A DNA stretch of 64,000 nt from Bugula neritina (taxonomy: Eukaryota > Animalia > Bryozoa), in the NCBI GenBank assembly GCA_964035545.1, contig OZ037766.1, positions 29,762,640 through 29,826,639 on the forward strand, given 5' to 3'. Shown one piece after another: positions 42,164 through 54,592 of the stretch. Both the position numbers and the translations under genes were made by a program. A model generated the notes under the pieces. The model had not been told where the DNA came from, did no database searches, and worked only from the letters and a program-made list of their open reading frames with translations. The first letter of the stretch is position 1. Each line of letters opens with the position of its first letter.

Positions 42164-42168
<5 letters not shown>
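41902..42168 (-). pseudogene. Inverted relic of gene A last intron + start of last exon
   Basis: Minus strand reads GQKGSVG.. (frameshift) [28 protein letters not shown], truncated. The adjacent 42015-42168 matches the last intron of copy 5 (e.g. cttccatcggcacatctttagtgg vs cttctgccggcaaatccttagttg). Confidence 0.8.

Positions 42169-42169
<1 letters not shown>

Positions 42170-42228
<59 letters not shown>
42170..42228. repeat. (TA)n microsatellite
   Basis: Pure TA run at the 3' end of the Penelope-like relic. Confidence 0.97.
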
Positions 42229-42229
<1 letters not shown>

Positions 42230-42231
<2 letters not shown>

Positions 42232-43090
42232 TAGCAAGCAAAAAGTTTCGCTTGTGCTTGCATGAGCTAGAAAGTTTTTTAGGTTCGTTGAGGGAAGATA
42301 ACTCTGGTTGTTTTAGGATTACATATTTCTCATACCTACATAAGTTACAGATCTGTTAGTTAAGTTTGGGTATGATTTACATATTTTTAAAAATGCTCCA
42401 TTTTAAGCTAAATTTTGTGTTTTATCTTAAAATTTAGATGTGTCTGCTGAGTTGTGTGTTGTTTGCTTTTTCTGCATGTAGGAAAGAGAAGTTATGATTG
42501 TTAAATTGGGTTTTGAAAGTGGTTGAACAGAGTCCTATGTATAATGATCAGCTGGAGTTATTGTCATGTTTTGTCATAGTTGCTTGGTTGATTATGTCTT
42601 TGTATAAGCATTTACCATTCCATAGACAGTGGAAAGGTTGTGTACAGTTACATTGTGTGTCCTTTAATTTAGTAGTGATAGTAGGAATGTGTGTAGTTTT
42701 AGGTTTTTGTTGGTTCGAGCCATCAATAATGTTTTTTATATTTGGCGTACATGAGTAGGTAATTTCCATGGTTTTCCTTTTAAAAATTTTACTCGGCTGT
42801 TTTGATGATGGGAAGCATCTGTCAATGGTTTGGAGAAATTTTTTTCCTATATTAGTTTTCACGGCTGAACTGAAAGGTGGTTGTACCACAATGTGTTTCT
42901 ATTTCTATTTTTAATTTTTTGTTGGGTTATATTTTAATTTATAGTCATATCTACTGTTTGAGAGTGCCTCTTGGTATGGTTGTATGGTGGTGTTAAACTC
43001 TTCTTCACTGGAGGATAATAAGCTAAGTCTCTGTTTATATTTTTAAGTAGGTTTTTCAATACTGCAGGTGGATGGTCGCTTTGCTTGTAT
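42230..43090 (-). mobile_element. Penelope-like retroelement relic (RT C-terminal region, Cys linker, GIY-YIG endonuclease), 5'-truncated and disrupted
   Basis: Minus-strand translation across stops and frameshifts: SDHPPAVLKNLLKNIN..LSLLSSSEEEFNTTIQPYQEALSNSRYDYKL; PPFSSAVKTNIGKKFLQTIDRCFP..KIFKRKTMEITYSCTPNIKNII; CNC..CLWNGKCL..IINQAT; YIGLCSTTFKTQFNNHNFSF; TQLSRHI; CNLCRYEK..LSSLN..SSCKHKRNFLL. This is the motif order typical of PLE ORFs. Ends at a (TA)n tract. Confidence 0.85.
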
Positions 43091-43851
43091 AATTGTCACT
43101 ATAGTATCCTTTGGTATTTTTAATTCTAATTCTAATTAACAATAAGCTTTATACTATTTTCCATAAATTTATGGCAATAACAATATTATTCTAACATAAT
43201 GGTAATATTGTACTGCAATGCTGATTTATGACGCAAGTTGTTTTTAGAGTTTTAGACATTTTATTCATCATAAAACATATAAGTATCCTTATTATGAGAA
43301 ATATTATAGGTGCACTTATCACTGAGATACAAACATTGTCAAATAATAGAATGCCAACAACTTTAGGTCAGCTCTTATATACATTCTTAGTAAATGCTCA
43401 AGTTTCGCATTATAACTAATAACTATGTATTTAGATAATATTATTATTTATGGCTGGTACAGCAGACGAGCTGGGTGGGTGAGGGGGGTTCATGGAGCAC
43501 CCCCTCCCTCATCAACAAAGAACCTTCGCGTGATTTGTATAATGAAATAAAAAGGAAAGAATAACTTTATTTGATGATTTAATTATGATTTTAAAATACT
43601 ATTATACAAGCCGGACATATTGTACATCTGCACATGCAGATGTAAAAGCAAATTCTGTACAGAGTTGTAACATGATGAATTGCCAGTAGTTTTATACTTA
43701 GAAATCGTTTGTTTATAATGCTACCACCCTGAAAGAGTAAACATAGAGACTTATATAAACTATGAAATTAGATTGGAAAAGCAGTATGAAGAATCAAGTC
43801 AGATAGACTGATTGAAAGTTGCAACAAAAACGTTTGAAATAATAAAATATG

Positions 43852-43923
43852 TGCGTCGGCCGGGAATCGAACCCGGATCTATTGCTTGGAAGGCAACAAT
43901 GCTAACCTTTACACCACCGACGC
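43852..43923 (-). tRNA. trnG-TCC: tRNA-Gly (anticodon TCC)
   Basis: Minus strand GCGTCGG TG GTGT AAAGGTT AGCAT T GTTGC CTTCCAA GCAAT AGAT CCGGG TTCGATT CCCGG CCGACGC A: 72 nt, perfect 7-bp acceptor stem, T-arm with GTTCGA, anticodon loop CTTCCAA, T4 run just downstream (43844-43847). Confidence 0.96.
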
Positions 43924-44015
43924 TTACATATGAGATACAAATCAGTCACATCTTGTGCAGTGCTTCACCTGACAAGTTTGACATCTGTGAAAAATGACTT
44001 GTACTTTACACATTA

Positions 44016-44029
44016 GTAACCATAGCAAC
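44016..44029. promoter_or_regulatory. RFX X-box ~95 bp upstream of tRNA-Gly (retained at 51835-51848 in the pseudogene copy)
   Basis: GTAACC-AT-AGCAAC, exact consensus match, identical in both inverted copies. Confidence 0.45.
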
Positions 44030-45147
44030 AAAAGATGCATTTCTCCATGGACAAACATGACACCGAGTAATTATGTAGGTTGTAATGATGTGATATAAAA
44101 AGGGTATTCTAAAATGGTTGAAATATCTCATAAATCTAACAGCCTTATTTTAAGTCAGTATGGGGGTGTAAAATAGCTCAGTTGAGAAAGCTACAAAATT
44201 TCACATGTAACTGTATACAGCACGCTTATGATGATGGAGTTTTTAAAGAGAGTTGACAAAATAATAGTTGATATACAATTTGAATATAACACTAACGCCT
44301 ATGCTAAACGGGCTGCTGTGTAAAAATTAATTATAGTTCCACTTTTAATTATGCTGAAAAAATATGTTACTATATAGGTATTATAGCTATAAATCACTCC
44401 TACCCTCCACATCAACATATCAAATTTAAAAGAAAACCTATTGTTCAAATGCTGCAAACAGTTGCTTAGTTTTTGATGTGCCTGAGATAGCTTGTCTTCC
44501 AATTTTGTATCGGTGTATTTGAGTGCTTTGAGATGTTTTTCTCTCTCCTTACTTTTTAAAAATAGCTTAGAAATTAAATTTGCACTTAAACTGATTAATG
44601 GTTAGTATATATGACAAAGAGTTGTCAGATATTCATACTTGGCAAAGTGGAATTCTTTTGAACACCACACACAAACTAGTGCTCATTCTAGCACTCTAGC
44701 AGCAGTGGAATAGTTTGAAGGCATATGTTGCTAAAATATCTTGGAAATTTTCTGCACTATATGTGAAAGCCTATATACAACCCATGATACTCATCCATAT
44801 AATAGGGTAGTCAAATGTGTAAAAGATTAACTCCAAATTTTAGCTCTATATTTTTCCAGGCCCTTTAGTGGAGTGTAAAAGCTATTCGGTTTGTAGTCAA
44901 AAATATATGTAATCTATCTCTTTTTTAACATAAACAACAATTTAAATAATATTAGAAACATAACTTGCAACTGTGAAAATTGCAAAACAACTTTTTATAA
45001 CAACATTAATCAGTTTTATTAGTACTAATAGTGTACATGATTTATGTATTTTTTTACTATTCCAGCTGTAAATTGTATAGTGTTGGCAACGATCTACCTG
45101 CCAGAGTTGTTACAATGACGGCATAAATCTATAAGTGGAAGCAAAAT

Positions 45148-45375
<228 letters not shown>

Positions 45376-46762
45376 AAGGAAATGTATGCTTCTACTAAAA
45401 CATATTTTGAAAAGAGCTATATATATATACATAATGCCAACAGCTCAAATTTCGAAGTCTGCACAGAGAGCTCAATAACTGAATATTTTTTACAGAAGAG
45501 GCCTATAATATGTATACCTGTTACAGATAATGTATAGTAAATTATTTCATGCACAAGTATAAACTAAACTCAACACATATTAAGTATATTACATGAAACT
45601 ATTCGTAATAGTAAACATAACAAAAATATGCAGCCATTTTATTTATATAGTATTATTTTATATTAATTTTCTAAAGACCATGATCATTTAATTATATAAA
45701 GCAAGTCTGTTGATTTATTATAATTATCAGTATATAGCAATAGGAACTGTAGTTTTATATTATATATTGTATACTAAAACTTGTGAAACTGCTGCACAGT
45801 GCAATATTTGGTTTATGTTAGAAGAATGAAATATTCTTCTCATTTGTCAAGAGCTAGCAGTACTTATTTGCTATTTGTGTGTTATCATGTAATCTTCATC
45901 TCACAGTAATAAACATGTTGATCTGCCAGTTGTAAAATAACAAAACCTTTTATTAACAAACATTTAATTTGATCAAACCACTTTTGCAAGAAACAATATT
46001 TATGCAAATACGTAGTACATGCCTGTGTTATATTTCACTACAACTAAATTTATGACACCATTGTGACAGTTTCAATGGGTATATTCTTGTCAACATTATA
46101 ACAGCTAACAGATTAAAAAAAATATAATATACACGAGGTATATATATCTTAAATGCTACTAAAACAGATCAAAGTTGTTTTTACAAAAAACAGCTAGTCC
46201 TATTTTACAATTGCACACCTCTAAGCTAATTTAATAGGTAAATAATATAATTTCTATAAATTTCATCACATTCATCTTGGTAAATAATATAATTTCTATA
46301 AATTTCATCACATTCATCTTCTGCTTTACCAATTTTATAACATATTATTATACAATTTTCAATTTCAGAATACCCACAATTATCAGCACGCACTATAGTA
46401 TTTGCACCTGTAGAAGCACGCCAAATTGTGACCTGAGAATTCATTTGTAAGAGGTTTAGCTGCGTGTCATTTAATCACTAATTAATGTATTCAATTTAAG
46501 TATATTAAATACATGTAAATACATGAAGCTTTTTAAAGCCCAAAAGTTTTCTTCAACAATTTCAACTGGTGTTTATGAAAAAAAGTCTATAAGAAATGTA
46601 TAAACTACACCGAGCAAACTTGGCTATATGCCAACATATGACTGCACGTATCTCTTAAGACTTATGAAGTTAACAGAGCAAGCTTTCACTTATGTATTGC
46701 AGCTATAGAGTAGCCCAGAGAATATATAGCATTGCAGGGAATACAAAGAGTATACTGTGAGA

Positions 46763-46905
46763 CACCAATACTTCCTGTGTTGCCCGTAGCACCCGTTTGA
46801 CCCGTAGATCCTGTTTGACTAGTTTGTCTAGCTGTTTCCCGTCTTGCTGTATTTACCAGTTGCTCCACTGTATATCCATGCAGTATCACCCTTTGTATCT
46901 TTCTA
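46763..46905 (-). pseudogene. Decayed Gly-X-Thr collagen exon, copy 1
   Basis: After an AG acceptor: KDTKGDT..GATGK (frameshift) ..TA RQT SQT GST GQT GAT GNT GSI GVS; Gly positions eroded to Arg/Ser. Confidence 0.55.
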
Positions 46906-47065
46906 AATTTATAATTTATAAATTAATAATTTCTAAATTTATAATTTATAATTTTTGAACATTTGTGTTTTCGACTAGGAATGGATTAGAAAAAACTTGC
47001 TATTTGTTATTGAATGCAGGTTGTTGACCCCTAGCTGATATTAATCGCTACACTAATACGCTATA

Positions 47066-47165
47066 CAGACACCCACATAAATAATATTATTATCACTTGC
47101 ATCTACAATTTATTATGATAAGTTGTAGATGCAGGTGATAATAATATTATTTATGTGGGTGTCTG
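47066..47165. repeat. 100-bp near-perfect palindrome (second copy 49539-49638)
   Basis: cagacacccacataaataatattattatcacttgcatctacaatttatt-at-gataagttgtagatgcaggtgataataatattatttatgtgggtgtctg; three mismatches, all T:G on the + strand. Confidence 0.92.
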
Positions 47166-47689
47166 CACTTGATAAAGTTCCAGTATTTGAAGCTTTTTCA
47201 TTTCCTTGTGATAAGTAAGCCTCATGACTATATTAATATGTATTATAAAGAATAAACCGCCTGCTATAAGTTAAAGGCAGCTTCATCTCAACCATTAGTT
47301 AGTATATATAATGAGAAACACATTTTAATACTTTTTAATTACTACATCAAAAACAGATTATTTTCCTGTTTATGATAAAAATTATACAGATTAGAGCTAG
47401 GAAGTCTTCAGTTTTCTGAAGATGTGAAAATTTGCTTGTATTATACCGATGACCTTATATAGCCGTCATAATACTGAACCAAATCGAATGCCCGGTATAT
47501 AGCTGAAAATATTTAAAGTATACTGAACTGGAGATTAAGCACAGTGCTACGTGTTATCTTCTACAGACTAAAGGTATAATTAAGGTAAAATATTGCAACT
47601 TAGAAAATATTCAAAGGAACAGATGGTGTGACTAATACTAAAGCAGACAAAGAAGATGAATTAAGTGGTCAAATTATCCACAATTTCAG

Positions 47690-47780
47690 GATTCCAAAAC
47701 TGCCTGGTCCACCAGGATCACCCGGTTCCAAAGGAGACCCAGGAATACCGGTGTACCTGGAGCACCAGGTCACATGGATA
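47690..47780 (+). pseudogene. Frameshifted collagen exon fragment
   Basis: LPGPPGSPGSKGDPGI(P), 1-nt frameshift, then GVPGAPGHM; DNA similar to 27430-27503 (shared ttccaaagga...ggtgtacctgga...aggtca). Confidence 0.65.
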
Positions 47781-48104
47781 TTAAATACTCAACCAAATTG
47801 TCAGCATGGTACTGATAAAGACAAGTTTAGAGCATTAACTTGTTTCTATTTAGAATTTTATTCACTATTATAAATTTTACATAAATAATATTTACAAAAG
47901 CTTTTTTCATAATTTAAGTTTCACTGCACCATAAACATGTTTTAAGATACTCTGTGGACATAATTTTCATCTTCTTAGAATATAGATCCTGGCTACATTT
48001 CATCTATCTTTAATATCATCACTAAAATCAATCACAGGTAATGCAGCTGAATGAAAGCAAACCCACAACTGCCAGTTTATTGCAGCAATTAATGCCTATA
48101 TAAT

Positions 48105-48482
48105 ATTATATAAAAGATTGATGTATAACCAAGCAACTGGACAAAATTTAGAACAAAAACTGTAAGCAATCTTTCATGGAACTTTTTTCAAAAACTTTTA
48201 AAGCTATAATAGATATAATAATTACAAACCCTTTTTAAGCATGAATGAATAGGGCTGAAATCAGTAAATACCTCTGGAAATTGAAAAAGAGAAACATGAA
48301 ATTTAACATATAAAATGGAATATAGTGAAAAGATGTGAATCTTATTCAAACATCATCAACAGATCCAATTTATCTATCTATGACAAACGTGTAGTTTTAA
48401 ATTAACGATGTTTATATATTTCTTACTAAAAACGGTAATTTTTTAAGTTATGCAAACACAAACGCAAATTTGTACTTGCGCT
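48105..48482 (+). mobile_element. Second, more decayed Penelope-like endonuclease fragment
   Basis: Fragments KTFK..RYNNYK, AEISKYLWKLKKRNMKFNI, KWNIVKRCESYSNIINRSNLSIYDK, CKHKRKFVLA, colinear with the C-terminus of the element at 42230-42560. Confidence 0.7.
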
Positions 48483-48732
48483 TTTGAACATATGCTATAT
48501 AGGAATGCGAATATTACTATGATATGAGATGCAGACTAGTTTATTTTGCTTTACAACTAACAATAAAATGTTGAAGATGGAAGGTGCAAGCTGATGCCCC
48601 TTCTTAGAGAAATTAATAATGGTTTTGCCTGACTAAACCCTTTTACGTACACCCACCATAAATAGCAATATTATTATCTAAATCTACAATTTATTATAGG
48701 TAATGGTATTTTAATATTTGAAGTTGGTTCAT

Positions 48733-49740
48733 CTCTAAGCTAATTTAATAGGTAAATAATATAATTTCTATAAATTTCATCACATTCATCTTCTGCTTTA
48801 CCAATTTTATAACATATTATTATACAATTTTCAATTTCAGAATACCCACAATTATCAGCACGCACTAGTATTTGCACCTGTAGAAGCACGCCAAATTGTG
48901 ACCTGAGAATTCATTTGTAAGAGGTTTAGCTGCGTGTCATTTAATCACTAATTAATTTATTCAATTTAAGTATATTAAATACATGTAAATACATGAAGCT
49001 TTTTAAAGCCCAAAAGTTTTCTTCAACAATTTCAACTGGTGTTTATGAAAAAAAGTCTATAAGAAATGTATAAACTACACCAAGCAAACTTGGCTATATG
49101 CCAACATATGACTGCACGTATCTCTTAAGACTTATGAAGTTAACAGAGCATTAAGCTTTGACTTATGTATTGCAGCTATAGAGTAGCCCAGAGAATATAT
49201 AGCATTGCAGGGAATACAAAGAGTATACTGTGAGACACCAATACTTCCTGTGTTGCCTGTAGCACCCGTTTGACCTGCAGATCCTGTTTGACTAGTTTGT
49301 CTAGCTGTTTCCCGTCTTGCTGTATTCACCAGTTGCTCCACTGTATATCCATGCAGTATCACCCTTTGTATCTTTCTAAATTAATAATTTATAAATTAAT
49401 AATTTCTAAATTTATAATTTATAATTTTTGAACATTTGTGTTTTCGACTAGGAATGGATTAGAAAAAACTTGCTATTTGTTATTGAAAGCAAGATGTTGA
49501 CCCCTAGCTGATATTAATCGCTATACTAATACGCTATACAGACACCCACATAAATAATATTATTATCACTTGCATCTACAATTTATTATGATAAGTTGTA
49601 GACGCAGGTGATAATAATATTATTTATGTGGGTGTCTGCACTTGATAAAGTTCCAGTATTTGAAGCTTTTTCATTTCCTTGTGATAAGTAAGCCTCATGA
49701 CTATATTAATATGTATTATAAGGAATAAACCGCCTGCTAT
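48733..49740 (+). repeat. ~1.0 kb direct repeat, copy 2
   Basis: Partner of 46219-47267. Confidence 0.9.
49235..49378 (-). pseudogene. Decayed Gly-X-Thr collagen exon, copy 2
   Basis: Near-identical duplicate of 46763-46905 (GSA GQT GAT GNT GSI GVS). Confidence 0.55.
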
Positions 49741-49822
49741 TATACATTATACTATTATACAATATATATATACAATATATCTATATATACATATATAGAT
49801 ATATAGATATATAGATTAGGTA

Positions 49823-50872
<1,050 letters not shown>

Positions 50873-51943
50873 ATAAACTTCAGCAAGCAGTTAATTTGTT
50901 ACCACGCATATTTTTTGAGAAATGCTTATGCTAATTATAATGCTATATAAGTAAACTTTTATCAACAATTGTATGCGCATTATCATATATAAGCTTTGCT
51001 TTTATAACACAAAAAATGTGAAAAAATTACGTAACTTTTTGTGCAAAAGTTTATCATTTTCTAACTTGAAAATCTTTTTGTAAGAGGATTAACTGCGTAT
51101 GTGTCACATAATCACTAAGTTAATAATTTAAATATTATAAAAAGCCAAGTACAAATTACATTGAGAAAGGCTATTTATATTCAGCATGGTTATGAAACAA
51201 AGTCCACATTTCTATAAACTGTACCAAACAGCAGTTTCTCAGAAAGGTATTCAATATCATCAACATAACTACTCATGCTGAACTCAGAGGTTTAAAGAGT
51301 GTAGTTAAAAAGTAAAGGGAGACACCTGCATATGTGCAACAGGTGCAGCTGACATACATAAATAATTAAATTGATTATACATACAGAAGCTATAATTATT
51401 TAACAAATAAACAATGCTTACATATTATACACATGTAAAAAATTTAATGCACATGTCAGCCTAATAGAAGTTTATGATTTTGATGGAAGCAAAAATTTGG
51501 TAAAGCATATGCTTCAATCAAAATATACTCAGTAGGAAAGTGCAAATAATTTTATTTTTATAAATTAAGATGCAAGTATTGTTCTAGAGTATTCCATGGA
51601 GCCAAGTTAGAATTTAAGCAAACCGGTAATGCAATTTATATATTACTTTCAGATTCACTAAGTGGTTTTAGCGTTTTGGCCAGGTATTTCGCAAGTTAGT
51701 ATAATGCAGTGCCTATGTTAAAAATTATTAGTCACATTTGTAGCTTATAAATAGTGAAAGTCGTATAGATGTAATACTCAAAACATTTAGTTTAATTTCT
51801 CTCACAAACTAGAGATCAGAGAACTCTGCTAATTGTTGCTATGGTTACTTATGTGCTAATTATAAACAATTTATAGCCAACTGTCAAGCTTGTCAGGTGA
51901 AGCACGTTGAACAAAATGTGACTGATTTGTACCGCTTATGTAA

Positions 51944-52008
51944 GCTAGGTTCAGTGGTGCGTAAAGTTTAGCGTTATTGGTTGCCTTCTAAGTAATAGAT
52001 CTAAGTTC
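51944..52008 (+). pseudogene. Decayed tRNA-Gly copy in inverted orientation
   Basis: cagtggtgcgtaaagtttagcgttattggttgccttctaagtaatagatctaagttc aligns to the tRNA 5' two-thirds with indels; T-arm 3' side and acceptor 3' strand missing. The ~110-bp 5' flank (51833-51943) matches the reverse complement of 43924-44031. Confidence 0.78.
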
Positions 52009-52495
52009 TTTGAAGAAGATATCATTGTCGCTGAATGTTTTTTATTTTCTAAAAACCCTTCAAAGTTACCAGTTTAGATATTTAGTATACCTATTTATTA
52101 ACTAGCAGAGCTTTCGCCACAAAGTAGTGCCTAAATGTCTGCAGCAACATAATATACCAAAGAAACATTAAATAAAAGTGTGTTTTTCCTGCATATAAAC
52201 ATCATGTTTATAATTATAGCAATTTATTAAAAATTCAAATTTCTATATATTCAAAACAAAATGTTTTGAAAATTTGCATAGTGCTGTATGCTAGTGATGT
52301 TTGAAAATACAATCTGCTAATCCTCAGGCTTTCACATTATGAGCTCAAATATTACAAACTCAAACATAGCATTTTTTAGTACTTTCATATTATTTTGCTC
52401 AGGGAGTAATATTGCAGATATAATAAACCTTTGCATGTCTCAATACACATGCCTATATATAGCACATTATTACATTGTGTAGTTTGATAGGTTTT

Positions 52496-52688
52496 AGGTA
52501 AAACTGGCACAGAAAAAATTGACACAGGTAAAATTGGCACAGGTAATAAGGGTACATGCAATAATTGCACAAATAGAAAATTGAGTAAAACCCCAAACTC
52601 TATAAACCCCTCATCCCAAATCCCCAATCTTGCCACCCCACCAAAATGTGCCATTCTTATCGTTTTTCTATGTTTGCCATCTTTACCT
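52496..52688. mobile_element. Putative foldback/MITE-like relic with 15-bp subrepeats in inverted orientation
   Basis: Five 15-bp units like aggtaaaattggcac (52496-52570), a C-rich aaacccc spacer, then two inverted units (52648-52662, 52674-52688). No target-site duplication identified. Confidence 0.45.
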
Positions 52689-52852
52689 GACACCAAATTT
52701 ATAAAGTTAAAGTTTTCTTAGCTAAATATTATATAAAACTGACATACTGAGCAGTGGTTTGATATCTGCTTCTAATTAAACTTTGATATACAGTAAATTT
52801 TGCTATTTGAGATGGTTATGGTAGTGCACTACTGGAAGCTATATTATAGTCA

Positions 52853-52853
<1 letters not shown>

Positions 52854-52932
<79 letters not shown>
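52854..52932. repeat. (TA)n microsatellite
   Basis: Pure run. Confidence 0.97.
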
Positions 52933-52935
<3 letters not shown>

Positions 52936-54592
52936 GGACACATAACCACAAATATTAAGAAAAGTACAATAGATGTTGAAAAAGGCCAATCGTCATTATG
53001 GTTACGAAAGGAATTTCATCAATGCTTAATCAGCTTACACATTTATACTTAGAGTTTTAAACAAGCGCTGTTATATAATTTTTTGGTTAGATTAGACAAG
53101 TCAAAAGTCCTTACAATTTATTTTCAAAAATAAATGGCAGCTGTTAAATTAGCATTATGACATTGTGGGGCCAAATAGAATCTATTAAAATATTTAACCA
53201 AAATGTCAGTGGTAAACATAAAATCAAGTTACAGGCGGTTATATATAGTGATAAGCTCTTATTTATGTCACAAGTTCACATCCTATCAAAATGCCAGTAT
53301 TTAGGTAAATAATGCTTATACTAATTAATAACATTTTTCAAGATTATATATTTCAAAGAGCCATAAACCTGGCAGTGAGATATTAACATCCACATAATCC
53401 CCCATATGAAATTAGGCTAAGTTCTAAATCCTGGCTATGTTCCATACGTGAGGACATTATCTAAGTTTTGAATTAGTCTACAAACATATCATAAACTTGA
53501 TTACTTTGCGCAGTATACCATATCATATTACACCTATGGCACTAGCAAGCTTTTCTCATAAAATTATATATAATGCGGAATATTTTTCCATTGACAATGC
53601 TCACTTTACAACACTTACACTCTTTCACTGCAGCGTAAATTACTCTTTTAAGAAGTCATTTAGCCTAAAACAATGATGCAAGCGTTGCTATTCTAGTATA
53701 ACCGACAAACAGTAAACATTTCAAGAATAGGTGGAAAACTGTGTGGGCAGTTTTTAAGTAAGAATAAATTTATGAAAAAATGGTTTTATATGCTGTAGAT
53801 ATTTGCTATGATTTTTTGTATGTTTATATCAATTGTAAAAACAATTTTTGTGAGATACTGTTTTTGAACTACACAAAATTCTAAAAAAATTGATGCATCA
53901 ATAATTGTTATTACTATTGTAAGAGTTATAATGGCAATGTACCTTATTTCAATTTTAAATTACATCTTTCAAAACAAAATTAACTCTATTTGCCAATTCA
54001 TTCACTAAGCCAAGCACATTGACTTAGAAATCTTCTACTTATAGACATGGATTAATAGATCAGCTTGATGACACCATCACAACTGTTTTGAATAAAATTA
54101 TGAAATTAAAGCCATATAATGGATTAGCGAAATTGGATTAGCGAAATTAACTGTGAGCGGTAAAACATAAGCCTGGTATAAAAGGAGAAGTTCAGAGTTA
54201 AAATTATCAGGTGAAACTTGAAGAAAGCCTAAGAGGTCAAGTCATTTAAAAAAGTAAGTTTCTTTTATTTTGATGCCTGTATTTTAGAAAAAAAAATTCT
54301 TTAAGGTATTATGCTTGTAACTTAAACTTGAACAACTTGAAATATGAGCAGGTATATTTAGCAAGTATGCAAACATGATAAAAAATATTGTGTTTAACTG
54401 TGTTTGCATCTTTTAAATTATATATTATATGAGCAATAACCTGAAAAACAAATATTATTTTCCTATCAATAAATCACATAAAATTTATGTAAAAGAATTA
54501 ATGGTCACTTTGTTTTAATAGTTATAAATTTCTATTATTCTATTTACACTGGTTCATACAAAGTTATAACTTATTTGTAGTACCTATATAAG

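Larger units (their letters stand above)
46219..47267 (+). repeat. ~1.05 kb direct repeat, copy 1 (copy 2 at 48733-49740; decayed partial copy ~51075-51230)
   Basis: Near-identical from tctaagctaatttaataggt to aataaaccgcctgctat; copy 1 has an extra 42-bp tandem duplication at 46237-46320. Confidence 0.9.

Noticed and set aside
43812-43997. 61-aa ORF containing RRPGIEPGS
   Set aside because: Antisense translation of the tRNA-Gly gene.
44380-44550. Coiled-coil-like minus-strand peptide (EKHLKALKYTDTKLEDKLSQAHQKLSNCLQHLNNR) as an exon
   Set aside because: Weak splice sites, no linked exons and no recognisable family; cannot be supported without a search.
51944-52008. A functional tRNA with anticodon shifted to TCT
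   Set aside because: Acceptor stem and T-arm cannot form and the other arms carry indels; it is a pseudogene.
52655-52696. GKDGKHRK in ORF 52385-52696 as another collagen relic
   Set aside because: Better explained as the inverted 15-bp unit (aggtaaagatggcaa) of the foldback-like repeat.
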